Assembly (NCBI GenBank): GCA_026023565.1
Contig: JAPETS010000002.1
Span: 558,001 to 622,000 of the forward strand
Direction of reading: 5' to 3'
Source of the DNA: Cirrosporium novae-zelandiae
Taxonomy: Eukaryota
DNA: 64,000 nt
Position 1 is the first letter of the stretch. Every line of letters begins with the position of its first letter. Below are positions 26,201-39,419 of this stretch, piece by piece. Made by a program: the position numbers and the translations under genes. The notes below the pieces were generated by a model. That model saw only the letters and a program-made list of their open reading frames with translations, was not told where the DNA came from and ran no database searches.

Positions 26201-26936
26201 GATTAGTAAGTTTGGTAGATATATTGTCGTCATGTCTAAATTGCTCATTGGTTCTTAGTTGCAACTCAAGGATTACTCTGGAAATGTCGAAGATTTCTCT
26301 CTCAATTTTACAGTGACGGATGTGATTTCTGAAGACGATGGGTCTAATTCAAGCAAGAAGATTACCCGAGATCTTGTTCCAAATGGCTCCAACATACCAG
26401 TCACCAACGAGAATCGCCTGATCTATATTTCCGAAATGGCGAAACACCGCTTGCAGCGGCAACCTTATCTCCAAACGAGTGCTTTCCTTCGTGGACTTAG
26501 TGGTATCATTCAACCCTCGTGGCTCTCCATGTTCAACCAAGCGGAGCTACAGACTTTGGTTGGTGGAGCTTCCACTGAAATTAATGTTGAAGATCTTCGC
26601 CGCAATACGCAGTATGGAGGTATTTATGTTATTGGAGATGATAAGTTGGAGCATCCGACCGTCCAACTCTTCTGGCAGGCTATGCATTCTTTCTCAGATG
26701 CCGACCGGAGAAAAGTCCTCAAATTCGTCACATCCACGCCCAGAGCACCTCTGCTTGGCTTTTCACAGCTGTATCCACATTTCAGCATCCGAGATTCAGG
26801 TTCTGACGAGACACGTCTTCCAAGCACCAGCACCTGTGTAAACCTGCTGAAACTACCTCGATATTCGACATTTGAAATTTTGCAACAGAAATTGTTGTAT
26901 TCGATAAACTCTAACGCAGGGTTTGATCTCAGCTGA
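23284..26936 (+). CDS. IQ/HECT-domain E3 ubiquitin ligase (Hul5/UBE3C-like)
   Basis: 1010-aa ORF joined by intron 26206..26258 to ORF 26259..26936; IQ-like LQRVWRG, EAGIDGGGVTKEF, RLPSTSTCVNLLKLP, C-terminal GFDLS; probable 5'UTR intron 23102..23197. Confidence 0.95.
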
Positions 26937-28016
26937 TCGGAGGAAGACTTGGAAGGACATGACATACTTTCTCTATCATGCTTCTGTATGACTTGATTTT
27001 CTTTAGCTGAGCGGCATCTGGTGGCGTTTGATGAGCTGTATAGCCAATGGACAGCTCACCGGTGGTTTACCATCACTTCTTAGATATGAAATACATCCCA
27101 GATAAGGGGTATTCGGTATATAGTCGATGACAATAGAGTTGACAAGTTCGCAAACATGGTGAATATCGTAAGAAGGGTTTAGCCCTAGGATGTGAGCGGG
27201 GCTGGGACTGGGGCTCTGCTGACTAACAAAGGCTGAATTGAAAGGGTATCTAAGTTTTAAGTGGCAGGGTGATTAGTGATTATTAGATGTTCGAGGTGGG
27301 AAAGTCAGATAGTGAAGTATCAAATAATGGTCTGGTGTTCCTGTCAAAGTCCCTTGGAATATAAAAGTCAGGGCAAAGTGACTTGGCGCAGGGTTGTAAG
27401 GTCAACTAGTCAGGGTGGGCAGTTAGACTGACTGTTATTAAGTTTTGCAGGGCGGCCATTTCCTTTGTCTCGCTAGTGGCACGAACAACAAAAAAAATCT
27501 CCTGTGACAGAAAGAGTGGCCTCAACCGCTCTTCACCTGGAACACCGCTCCTCCAAATTTATTTCAGTAGGACTTGTGCTCTGCCAGGTCTGCTTCTGCC
27601 CCATTTCCCCCATCGAAAACTACTCGTATCTCCAAAAAAAACTTGAAAATCTCCAAAATAACTGTGGTTCCCTCTGGCCACCACTTGAGCTCCGGCTTCG
27701 TGATTTTTACAAGTTCTTTCTGAACTTTTCCACATCTAATCGCACCCATTCCACCTATTCCACCCATTCCACCCACATCCCACCTACTTACCCGCCTTTT
27801 CTCCTTCCTACTTCCTCGACCCCGTCGCAACCTGACTTTATTACCCTGAAAACCTGACAGAAGTGTCTCGAGTGACCCGATATTTGATCAGCTTCGTGTA
27901 TGTAGGGCCTATCTACCTATCTCTTCTTGCCCTTTACTTCTTTTGGAAAGATTTTATCTGCTTCGCTAAAAAAAACCGCTGGAAACTGACTTCTTTATCT
28001 TCAGGTGTCTGTCAAC

Positions 28017-30469
28017 ATGTCTACTGAACCTACCAACCCAGAGGGCGTCGCTGCTGCCATGGGAAATCTTTCCATAAACACTGAGGCCGGTCTTCCTGCC
28101 GATGTTGCTGCAGCCAATGCTCCAAATACTGGTGTCTCGACCGAGGGTGCTGGCGCTCAAGATGACATTCAAACTCCCAACTCTGCTGCTCCCAGCACTA
28201 TTGGTCAACCCCACTCTGCCTCTCTCTACGTTGGGGAACTGGATACCTCCGTCACCGAGGCTATGCTATTCGAACTATTTTCGTCCATGGGGCAGGTTGC
28301 TTCCATTCGTGTCTGCCGTGATGCTGTCACTCGTCGTTCTTTGGGATACGCCTATGTCAATTACAACAATACTAGTGATGGTGAACGTGCTTTAGATGAG
28401 CTCAACTATACTTTGATCAAGGGTCGCCCATGCCGTATTATGTGGTCCCAACGTGACCCAGCTTTGCGCAAGACAGGTCAAGGCAATGTCTTCATCAAGA
28501 ATCTTGACTCTGCGATTGATAACAAGGCTCTTCACGACACTTTTGCTGCGTTTGGAAATATCCTTAGCTGCAAGGTTGCTACTGATGAGTATGGTACCTC
28601 CAAAGGCTATGGCTTCGTTCATTATGAAACTGCTGAAGCTGCCAACAACGCCATCAAACATGTTAATGGTATGCTACTTAACGACAAAAAGGTCTACGTT
28701 GGACATCATATTGCAAAGAAAGATCGCCAGAGTAAATTTGAGGAGATGAAGGCTAACTTCACTAATGTGTATGTGAAAAATGTCGACCCTGAGGTGACGG
28801 ATGATGAGTTCCGTGTACTGTTCCAGAAATACGGTGAAATCACTTCTGCATCTCTTGCGCATGACCAAGAGACTGGCAAGAGTCGAGGTTTTGGTTTTGT
28901 TAATTTTGTTAAACACGAGGATGCTTCTAGAGCTGTTGACGAGTTGAACGACAAAGACTTTCACAGTCAAAAGTTGTATGTTGGACGGGCTCAAAAGAAG
29001 CATGAACGTGAGGAAGAACTACGCAAGCAATACGAGGCTGCCCGTGTCGAGAAAGCTTCAAAGTATCAGGGTGTAAATCTCTACGTCAAAAACTTAACTG
29101 ATGATGTTGATGATGAAAAACTTCGTGAAATTTTCGCCCCGTTCGGTACCATCACTTCAGCCAAGGTTATGCGCGATACTGTCGGTGAACGCAGCTCATC
29201 CCCGGATGACAAGGACAAAGAGAACGTCAAGATCAAGGAAGAAATCGAAATAGAGGAGGAGAAGGAAGATAGTGATACAGACTCAAGCGATAAAAAGGAT
29301 GCCAAGAAATCCGATAAGAAAACTCTTGGCAAAAGCAAGGGATTCGGCTTTGTCTGCTTCAGCAACCCCGACGAGGCTACCAAAGCCGTTACGGAGCTTA
29401 ATCAGAAGATGATCAATGCTAAGCCACTCTACGTTGCTTTAGCACAACGTAAGGATGTTAGGAAGAGTCAGCTGGAAGCTAGTATTCAGGCTCGCAACCA
29501 GATTCGTATGCAACAAGCTGCCGCTGCCGCCGGAATGCCACAGCAATTCATGCAGCAACCCATATTCTACGGTCCTGGCCAACAACCCGGTTTTATGCCA
29601 CCAAACGCCCAACGTGGTGCCATGCCATTTGGACAACCCGGGATGCCCATGCCTGGGATACCAGGAGGCCGCCCAGGGCAATTCCCCGCTGGCTTCCCTC
29701 AACAAGGCGGCCGAGGATTGCCAAACGGCGCTCAGCCTATTCCTGGTGGGTTTGGAATTCCCGGACAACAAATGCAAATGAATGCTTTCCCAGGAGCTGC
29801 CGGCGCTCTGCCAAATATGTCATATCCTCAGGCTATTAACCAAGTACAAGCTGCTCTTGGGCGTGGCGGTGCTGGTGGAAGAGGACACATGCCTATCGTC
29901 CCTCCAAATATGCAGGGCATGCCAGGAATGATGCGTGGTCAAGGCTTCCCACAGGGTAATGCTCGTGGTGGAGTTGCGGGTCAACCAAATCAAATGAATA
30001 GATTTCAACAAGGTGGTCGTGGACAGATGCCTCCTACACCACCCACCGTGGGTCAACAAGAAGGGGCTCAAGGACGCGAAGTCGGTGCTGCTGGAAGTGG
30101 CCTCACTATATCTGCCCTTTCCACCGCTCAACCAGCACAGCAGAAGCAAATGCTGGGTGAAGCCATCTATCCAAAGATCCACGCCCAGCAACCAGAGCTT
30201 GCCGGTAAGATCACTGGAATGCTTCTAGAGATGGACAATTCCGAGTTGCTAAGCCTGTAAGTATTCCTTTACAATATACGTTTATTCATAATGCTAACCT
30301 CTAAATTAGTGTTGATGACGATGCCGCTCTCCGGGCCAAGGTTGATGAAGCTATTAGCGTCTACGATGAATACATTAAGGGTAAGGTTCCGGAAGATGCC
30401 AATGGTGAGACGGGTGAAAAGTCAAACGAAGAATCAAAGGAAAAGGTGGAAACAGAATCGAAGGCCTAA
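28017..30469 (+). CDS. PAB1: Polyadenylate-binding protein, cytoplasmic
   Basis: Four RRMs ([43 protein letters not shown]), P/Q/M/G-rich linker, MLLE domain ([11 protein letters not shown]); ATG 28017; intron 30257..30309; 5'UTR intron ~27897..28004. Confidence 0.98.
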
Positions 30470-31692
30470 GGGTTATGAACAGTTTGATCGGGAAGAGAGT
30501 GTTACGTCCTACTCTCTTCGGTCCGAATGCCAAAAGTTATTCTTTCCATATGGGCAAGGATTTGATGCTGCGGATGCCGTTTGGTGGTTATCTGCCGATT
30601 TTCAGCCCAGCCGGTGCTTGTTCTTTTTTTTTTTTACTGTTACGTCTCTCTTATTTCCAACGGTCTAGGGGTTCGGTGTATATTAGATGGTTCTACCTAC
30701 GGACATGTGACTATGTCGCACGATTCGTGCAATTATGGGCATGAGTTGATGACAGACATGGAAATGCACATGTGATGGAGGATTATGAGGGCCCATCTTT
30801 ACTCTCTGGTGGTACCAAGGTCCCACGACTGGGGATCTATCTTATTACTGTGTATCTGCAGTCAAGCACAGCTGCTACTAGTACTTGATGATATTCTAGT
30901 AATCAATAAAATAGATCTTGACTTCAAACCAAACGCGTGCTGTACTACCTGATGGGTGATAGAGTTGGAAATGGGAAATAAGCCGTGGTGGGAGTATTTC
31001 CGTGAAATTATGGAGTAGTACACGCACCGTACACGCACAGGAGTGTATTAAGTCATCTCGCCCCACCTGTGACATGTCGAGTGTTGGGAATGGTGTTTTG
31101 GTCAAGACGGTAATGATTACTGTGTAGTCTAGTACTGTGTATGTAAGGTAAGTAAGGTAAGGATCACCAAAGTTCCCAGCGGCTGAACGGTTCCATCGGG
31201 GTTAAACATTGCGTTAACGAAAATTCCATGGAAACCAACCGGCCTCGGTAAGACAATAGTCCATTAGATATCCCCAACATCTGACACTATCAAACAACTT
31301 ATCTTCAGATGTACTTGATCTTTACCAATAATTCAAGCTTTTAACCTCCATATATCTCTCAATTCCAGGAACCGACTTTCTGCACGCGCTGCACGTTCTG
31401 GGCGGTCTTGTCATTCTTGTCTAGCCGTTTTATTATGGTGTAAGGTTGTATCATTGTATTTTTGAGCATCTTTTTACCTTACAGTGAATATCTATTTAAA
31501 TCCTCCATCCTCCTGAATTGAAACCCTGAAACCTTCCCTTGTACTTACCCCAATAATTTACCAACCTACCTACCTGCAATTGGAAAACTTTCTTTAATAT
31601 ACCTATCCAGTTCTGATCCCTACAACCAGCCTACTATATACTATACTTACAACTTATCGCTGTTCTGCAACTTATCTATAATACAAATCAAG

Positions 31693-33000
31693 ATGCCTCT
31701 GACTATACTTACTGATTCTGATGTCCGATCCCTTCTTCTCTCTCTCAACCGCGATGATGTTCTTGTGCTACAACACAACCTGGGCGAAGCTCTCCATGAG
31801 TACTCCACAGGCACATCCGAAGCAGGGTGTTGTTCTACCAACCAACCATTCCGAACATCTATTAAGCGAATAGATGGGCAAACAACACTATTCATGCCAG
31901 CAAGTGCAAGTGGAACTACAGGCATGAAGATAGTCACATTGTCTGAAGGCTCTACTCCATCCCCTTCAGCTAGCAAGTCGTCGTCCCCCTCGCTATCCTC
32001 GACACACAGCCTGAATTCGAATTCGTCATATGCAGCATCCTACGCACCTTCATCACTTGGGGAACCTCCCTTGGAAGACGACAGCTTCAATCCTCCAGAA
32101 TCAATGGCTAGCTCGCAAAGTACCACCCCCCACGGTTCATTAACCCTTCTCGACTCGACCGGCTCGCCACTAGGGTTTATAAATGCGGAGGAGCTTACGG
32201 CGTTTCGCACGGCTTTAGCAGCAACAATAATGTTCAGCAGACGATCTCACGTCAATACCATAACTGTGTTTGGGGCGGGGAAGCAGGCATACTGGCACAT
32301 TCGGCTAGCACTTCTGCTACGAGGTGATGAGATCAAGCATGTAAACATCATCAACCGTACATTTTCAAGGGCGCATCGATTGCTCCAAGAGCTATATTCA
32401 AATGGCAATGAGTACTGGCATGCGCAAACTAAATTTACGGTACTAAGTGCGGAATTTGGAGAATATAGTCGATTACTAAAAGAGGAGGTCCGCAAGGCTG
32501 ATGTAATTTTCTGCTGTACACCTTCCACGGAACCATTGTTTCCGGCGGAGTACCTTACGTCGATCGAAGGTCGACGAAAGGGCAGGTTGGTCAGTTTAAT
32601 TGGGTCTTACAAGCCACATATGCTTGAGATACACCCAGACATACTGAAACAGGCTGTTGAGCCGGATCATGGTCGACATCATCACAAACATGCCAAGCAG
32701 AGTGGAGTTATCGTTGTTGATAGTTTGGATTCATGTTTAAAGGAAGCTGGAGAGGTTATACAAGCCGAACTACAGCCTGAACATTTGGTTGAGGTTGGAG
32801 AACTGATGATGATCAAAAAAGCAATCAAGAAGGAGGTGGAATTAGGAGGAGAGGGCGATGATGGACTGAAAGAGTGGTTGGAGAAGGGTAATGTCATTTA
32901 CAAAAGCGTGGGGTTTGGGTTGATGGACGTTGTGGTGGGAGGGGATGTGGTGATGCTTGCGAGGGAAAGAGGGATGGGAACTACGATTGATAATTTTTAA
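31693..33000 (+). CDS. Ornithine cyclodeaminase/mu-crystallin family protein (PrnX/YGL159W-like)
   Basis: Intronless 435 aa; GMKIV, ELTAFRTALA, VFGAGKQAYWH (Rossmann), ADVIFCCTPS, IYKSVGFGLMD. Confidence 0.88.
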   Translation: MPLTILTDSDVRSLLLSLNRDDVLVLQHNLGEALHEYSTGTSEAGCCSTNQPFRTSIKRIDGQTTLFMPASASGTTGMKIVTLSEGSTPSPSASKSSSPSLSSTHSLNSNSSYAASYAPSSLGEPPLEDDSFNPPESMASSQSTTPHGSLTLLDSTGSPLGFINAEELTAFRTALAATIMFSRRSHVNTITVFGAGKQAYWHIRLALLLRGDEIKHVNIINRTFSRAHRLLQELYSNGNEYWHAQTKFTVLSAEFGEYSRLLKEEVRKADVIFCCTPSTEPLFPAEYLTSIEGRRKGRLVSLIGSYKPHMLEIHPDILKQAVEPDHGRHHHKHAKQSGVIVVDSLDSCLKEAGEVIQAELQPEHLVEVGELMMIKKAIKKEVELGGEGDDGLKEWLEKGNVIYKSVGFGLMDVVVGGDVVMLARERGMGTTIDNF

Positions 33001-33777
33001 ATCTGGATATACATAGAGGTTCATCTCGTGATGGCGTTTGAGGCAAGATAGGAATCCATGGTTATATTGGGATTGAGTTATTAGAAAGGAAGCTGTCTAG
33101 AAGCCATCTAGAAGACATGGAATGCAAAACATTTGACGCATGACACATTTAGAAGTAGATTCCATACTCTCTACTCGATTATCGGACGGGTCAGCCCGTC
33201 ATCAGTCCACATTCTTCAGCCGCCGGGGAGGGTTGGGTTGCAGAGAAGGCACGTGGAAGAAGAATAGAAAGATCCAAGGTACGGACTGGGTTAAGACAAT
33301 AATATCGGCCCGCAAATCATGTAATGCTTGCAGATGAACCACGAACTGGTGGTGCTTGCGAGTGGTACAGCACTCTGGTACTAAGAAATAATAAAAGTGT
33401 CATCCAAAAAAAAAAGCAATTATTATGATGAATGATGAGAAGTAAGATCTACGTTTAGATAATACTTGTAATTAATTTATCTTATCGGACTTCGGAGGAG
33501 CCCAGACCAAGGAATAAATCTGGGGTAAAAAAGATACCTTAGAGTCACACATCTATAGTCACATTGCACATCAAATGCCAACGAAACAAAAGAAAGCAAA
33601 GAAAAAAGAATGACCGAGCAAACTAGGATCTTCTGAGTACTAATTCGATTGAATCGCCGAAAGCCCATGTTACTGTTCTTGTTTAACTCATCACTTCACT
33701 ATGCGAAGTGAGAATTATTAGTCTGGAGTCTTGATCATCAGCCTCAGACTCTTCCTTGGTTTCCCTACTCAATCGTC

Positions 33778-35472
33778 ATGCCTGCTACTATCGTTCATTT
33801 GCCGAACGGGCAAACTCTGACCGTCACGCCCGTTTTCGGGGGTATGAATTTCAAGAATAATGAATTGAATTTACATAATTCCTCCTTTCCACCAGGATGG
33901 AATATCGTCTTGCAAACTGAGGAAGATATTGACGAAGCCGCATCAGACCAAGATGGTACCATGGACAATGGCTTTCCCAATGGTCGAGATACCGAACAAC
34001 CATTGTTGGTTAGGAAAAGTACCACACGTCGATGGGTGAAGCCAACTTTGCGCAATGATTCCCTTTTCCTTTCGTCCATCTCGAACCCTAGCAGCTCCGA
34101 TTTTAAACCGGCCAGCTCACCAACTCGTCAGATAGGAATGATGCTCTGGGCAACTCTGTGGTGGTATTTCCATCAGTCAGAACCCGATTTACGCCTTACA
34201 ACCAAGGCATCAAGCTTGACCCCGCAATCGGGCAGGCCGAAGGGAGAGTGGAGGGTATACATTAGGCGAGAGGGCATATTCAAGGGAAGAAACTTGCTGC
34301 AGAAACTAGAAAGAATGGGCCTTATTTCATCAGAGGAATCTTTTGTTGGGATAGACTCTGATGAGAGGTGCTCCGAGGGTTGGTGTGAGATGTTTATCAA
34401 CAGGAAGTCATTCTGGCAATTGGACCCGAAAATATATCTCTTCACCCTCTCCCCAAATACGGATAGGTCCGCCAATCCCTCTGGTTCTCCATATCCTTCA
34501 AGGCCTAATTCTCCCAGCAGAGATTTGATAGCATTTGACAAACAGGAACAGCAACAGCCCACTACGACCCCAGCTCCACCTGGACTTTGGAGCCATCCAG
34601 GGTCACCCAGTCCATACATGTCAGGTAGTCATTTGCCAACCTACTTTCCCCCCCCTCCCCCCCAATACACCTGGACAGCCGATGTTCGGCATCCTATTAG
34701 GCCAAAGCCTCCCCGTCAAGGAGAGACCTTCTATGCCCGCTACGTTCCCAGCGTGAACCAATATCTCTCGTTTCGTGTGGCTTCCTTGGCCCCACGCAAG
34801 ACCCCCTCCCATGCTTCTAAGTACTCGAATGCATCCAGCACGTCTTCACATCTTTCGACATTGTCGATAGGATCGGTCATACCCCCTATAAGCAATCCCG
34901 TTGGCTCTTCAACAGATACGGAACTACTTCATAAATGGATGAATGAGCCTCGGGTGAATCTTGCTTGGGGAGAGGCAGGGCCTATGTCGCATCAAGAGGC
35001 ATTTTTGAAAGCTGGTCTCACAAATCGACATTCCTTTCCTGTGATTGGCTGCTGGGATGGAAAACCATTTGGATATTTTGAATTATATTGGGTAAAAGAA
35101 GATCCCCTCGCGAGACATCTCGGGGGTTCTGTAAATGACTATGATCGAGGATTACATTGCTTGGTAGGCGAACAGGAATTCCGAGGGGCTCACAGAGTGA
35201 AGGTCTGGCTGAGTGCACTGGTACACTACTGTTGGCTGGCCGATCCGAGAACCTTTACGGTGATGCTAGAACCCAGGGTTGATAATGAAAAGTAGGATAT
35301 TCTTTTATCAGGATTAATCGGGGCTTGAACCGAGTACTAATTATGCATGTACAGATTCCATACATACCTACGGGATGCGGGATTCTACAAAGAGAGAGAA
35401 ATCGCATTTCCACACAAACAAGCAGCCGTGATGAAAATCCAACGAGATGCGTGGGAATCGCCATCACTATGA
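33778..35472 (+). CDS. Siderophore biosynthesis N5-hydroxyornithine acetyltransferase (SidL/IucB-like, AlcB/GNAT)
   Basis: [61 protein letters not shown]; intron 35292..35354; long N-terminal region as in SidL, no PTS1. Confidence 0.88.
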
Positions 35473-36056
35473 GGGCTATTACAGTAGTGTAAGCGCAAAT
35501 ACCTTTTTTCTGAATGTCTTTAAAACAAATCCAGGCCGAGGTAGACTATATCATGGCAATTATGCCGAAGTTGGGGCTTGGTCGCTTACGATTATAGTTG
35601 TGAGAGTTCTGGGGGGACAAGCACATGTGAGAAGGGATCAGGGCAAACGGCTGACACTACTATTTACATTTGGTGTTGCGAATATGCAATAATTCAGATC
35701 AGAGATCCTTTGATGAACTTCCTTCTTCCATATTGCATATGATACTGATTAGTGAACGCGGTTAGGGCTTACTTTGATTAATTACCCTTTTCAGGATTGA
35801 CCGCCGATCTCATGGTGGTGATGGATTATGGTTTTCCCCCATACCTCGGTATTCCATTTAGCGTTTTTCCCCCACAAGCAGCTGGATCGTCATCTGCAGG
35901 TTTGAAATCCCCATTAAAGAAGAAGCTCCCGGCCCTTGTTTGGTTTATCAATTATTCTTCTTATTTCTTTTCTACCCCGTCTTTTCAAAACACACTCTCC
36001 GCTCTTCTTCAAAGTACTAGGATTAATTATATTCGAAGTCTTTAAATTCTTCCAAA

Positions 36057-37516
36057 ATGTCAAACGGTAAGCGTTGTGTGCATGCATCACTGCCCTGTTC
36101 TCCCTGTATTGCTTTTCGGCAAGCCAGAGTCTAACATGTGATTGCACTTTCAGCTCAAGCACGCCTCTCCCAAGTTTCCTCCCACCTTCGATCCTCGGAA
36201 GTGGATCTTGACAACAACCGTAAATCCCGTCTCCTTGCCAAATCTCCAGATGATATTGTTGTCACCTGTGCTCTTCGAACCCCTCTCACAAAAGGTGGCC
36301 GCGGCGGTTTCAAAGACACAGCGGCCGCGGATCTGCTCCATGGGGCATTCCGTGCCCTCATTGAGAGGTCTAAGATTGATCCAAAGCTTGTTGAGGATAT
36401 CGCTGTGGGCAGTGTGCTAGCTCCAGGTGGTGGGGCGACAGAGTTTAGGGCTGCGGCTTTAGCGGCAGGGTTTCCGGTCGATACGGCGGTGCATAGTTTG
36501 AATAGACAGTGCTCGAGTGGATTACAGGCCTGTGTGGAGATTGCAAATGCAATCAAGTCGGGTATGATTGAAATTGGGGTTGGTGCTGGGGTTGAGAGCA
36601 TGAGTTCACAATATGGGTATGTTTCTGCTTCGCTCGGATTATTTGCATTTTATTATAAACATGTTTATTCCATTCCAAGAGAAAAAAATTACATGAATGA
36701 ACTAACCGATTTCTCATTAGCCCTGGTGCTGTGACTGAGTTCTCGGAGCTTCTCGACTCTGTTCCTGAATCAAAGAATTGCAAAGTCCCTATGGGTGTCC
36801 TCTCGGAGCAAATGGCCAAAAATAGGAATATTTCTCGTGCAGATCAAGATGCATTTGCAGCGTCATCTTATCAAAAGGCCATGGCAGCTCAAAAAGCTGG
36901 TCTATTCAATGCTGAAATAGCTCCTCTCAAGGTCAAGTGGACAGACCCCAAGACTGAAGAGGAAAAGGAGATCACCGTGTCCCGTGATGACGGCGTTCGA
37001 GAGGTTACCGTTGAGAGTCTTGGAAAAATCAAGGCTGCTTTTGCCAAGGATGGATCTATTCATGCTGGAAATGCTAGCCAAATTTCCGATGGTGCTGCTG
37101 CCGTGCTGCTGATGAAGCGATCAACAGCAGAGCGTCTGGGCCAGACAATCCTTGGCAAGTATGTTGCTGCCTCCGTTGTGGGCGTTCCTCCACTTCTCAT
37201 GGGAATTGGGCCATGGAAGGCTATCCCAGTTGCTCTTCAAAAGGCTGGAATCGACAAGAATGATGTTGATATCTACGAGATTAATGAGGCTTTTGCTAGT
37301 CAATGTTTATGGTGTGTGAGAGAGTTGGGAATCGACCTATCCAAGGTTAACCCCAAAGGTGGAGCAATTGCATTTGGCCATCCATTGGGGTGCACAGGTG
37401 CAAGACAGGTGAGCACATTATTATATGAATTAAAAAGAAGGGGACAGCAAGTAGGAGTTAGCAGTATGTGCATTGGAACTGGAATGGGCATGGCAGCTGT
37501 TTGGGTGGCAGAGTAG
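36057..37516 (+). CDS. POT1: Peroxisomal 3-ketoacyl-CoA thiolase
   Basis: Exon 1 36057..36066, introns 36067..36153 and 36617..36720; PTS2 RLSQVSSHL; NRQCSSG, NEAFA, GHPLGCTG, MCIGTGMG. Confidence 0.95.
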
Positions 37517-38123
37517 GTGGGTGACCTGTACGATTACAATAGCGATAGCAAATATTACCGTATATATGAATTATGAATCAAATTTTCTTGTCATTGTTGA
37601 TTGTTAGTTATTGCTTACCAATGAAACTGGTCTTTCGATCTCAACCAAAAAGTGTAACATCAAATAGCTGACCAATGTTGACAAAAATAAGACGAAATGG
37701 CATTTTCCAGCAAGTTCCGACGTTCCTTTGTACCTTGCAGATCACGCAGATTTAACCCGACAAGACCGAAAACCGCATAATTAAAACAGCATACGATAGC
37801 CGAATTGTAAAAAAAAAAAATATAATTCAAAAACATATCCACTACCCTTTCTAAACTCTTTGTAAATTAACCTTGAACACATTATTGTTCATCTTTTGGA
37901 AAACTAACATTGGAACTATATAATAATTTCCTCATCTTTTTGAAGGTCTACCAAATATAAGCACGATATAACCGAATATTTGATTTGATTTGCCCTCTCC
38001 ACCCCCGCTATTATCAACTTTTTGGAAATCACTCCATTATCAATTTCGGATTTATCGCTTTATAGCAGCTTCGGTTTCGGCATCTCCTCACAGACTCCTT
38101 CTCCTCAAAGAAATATATACACC

Positions 38124-38937
38124 ATGCCTTCCGTAGCTCCAGTGCCTCTGATCCCAGAGGCCAATGGCGTTTCAAAATTGCAGTTTGATCGCATACCCGA
38201 TGCCATCGAAGCATTCCGTACGTCTCCCTCTATTCCTATTTCGCAACACCGTATTAACACCTCCTCACACAGGCGCTGGCAATTTCATTCTGGTTCTAGA
38301 CTCTCCCTCCCGCGAAAATGAAGGCGACCTCATCATTGCTGCCTCCGCCATGACCCCCTCCAAAATGGCCTTTATGATCCACCACACCTCCGGTTATATC
38401 TGCGCTCCCCTTCCCTCTTCCCTCGCCGACGCCCTTGATCTTCCTCCCATGATACCCCCCTCCGAAAATTCTGATCCCAACCACACCGCCTACACCGTTA
38501 CCATTGATGCGGATAGTGCGCAAACCACCACCGGTATCAGCGCCCAGGATAGATGCGAGACAGTGAGATTGCTTGCGGAGAAAGGGACGCGGCCAGAGAA
38601 TTTTCGGAGACCGGGACATGTACTTCCGTTGAGGGCGCGGGAAGGGGGTGTGAGGGAACGAAAGGGGCATACGGAGGCAGCAGTAGAGTTTGCGAGGTTG
38701 GCGGGACGCGGGGATGTCGCTGTTATTTGCGAGGTTGTTGATGAGGGTGAGGAGGTTTTTAGTCCCGATGGGAAGAGGGCACAGGAGAGGACGGTGGTGG
38801 GGAATGGCATGTTGAGGAGTGAGGGGTGTTTGGCTTTTGGAAAGCGGTGGGGAATTCCTGTGGTTACGATTGAGGATTTGGTGGGGTATTTGGAGGAGCA
38901 GGATGGGAAGAAGGAGGTTACGAATGGGACGAATTAG
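38124..38937 (+). CDS. RIB3: 3,4-dihydroxy-2-butanone-4-phosphate synthase
   Basis: Intron 38218..38272; FDRIPDAIEAFR|AGNFILVLDSPSRENEGDL, TGISAQDR, RPGHVLPL, RKGHTEAAV. Confidence 0.96.
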
Positions 38938-39419
38938 GTTGGGTTGGTTTGCTGGGAGGGGTGGAATGTTTTGGATTTGAACTTGCATTGTTCGGAGAAA
39001 TATTGCATTTTGCACTCTGGATAGATGGATATATTTTTTTTTTCTAAGAAAGGCGCAGGCCTTTTATATGATGTTATCCTCTACTTTAAAGTAATAGATG
39101 CGGGATAGAAGAATCCCGGTACAACCTCCTAAGGTCTTTCTGTGTAGCTAATATTATATAGCTAGTTAAATTCTTTATTTTTATAGAATCTGCTGTGCAT
39201 CGACGATCTGTTTCCTCTTTGTTTCTTAACCATCCCAAGGAGTGAAATGACAGCTATATGGCGTTTGTTGAAGATTTATTTTGTAACTAGTGTCGACTAA
39301 GGGTTCGTGGTCTCGCAGGAGAGATAATAGGTGGAAGAGGAATCTCAATGTAATCGGACGGAGAAGGAGGAAGATGAAACGGACATTAGAAGAGTGGCCC
39401 CGTAGATGCCCAAGCATCC

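Noticed and set aside
35472..35490. Stop-codon readthrough to cryptic PTS1 (checked for the SidL-like, CA, OCD-like, RIB3 and TRP2 genes)
   Set aside because: No TGA-CTA context and no SKL-like extension seen
38296..39015. 239-aa minus-strand ORF
   Set aside because: Antisense shadow of RIB3, no recognisable motifs
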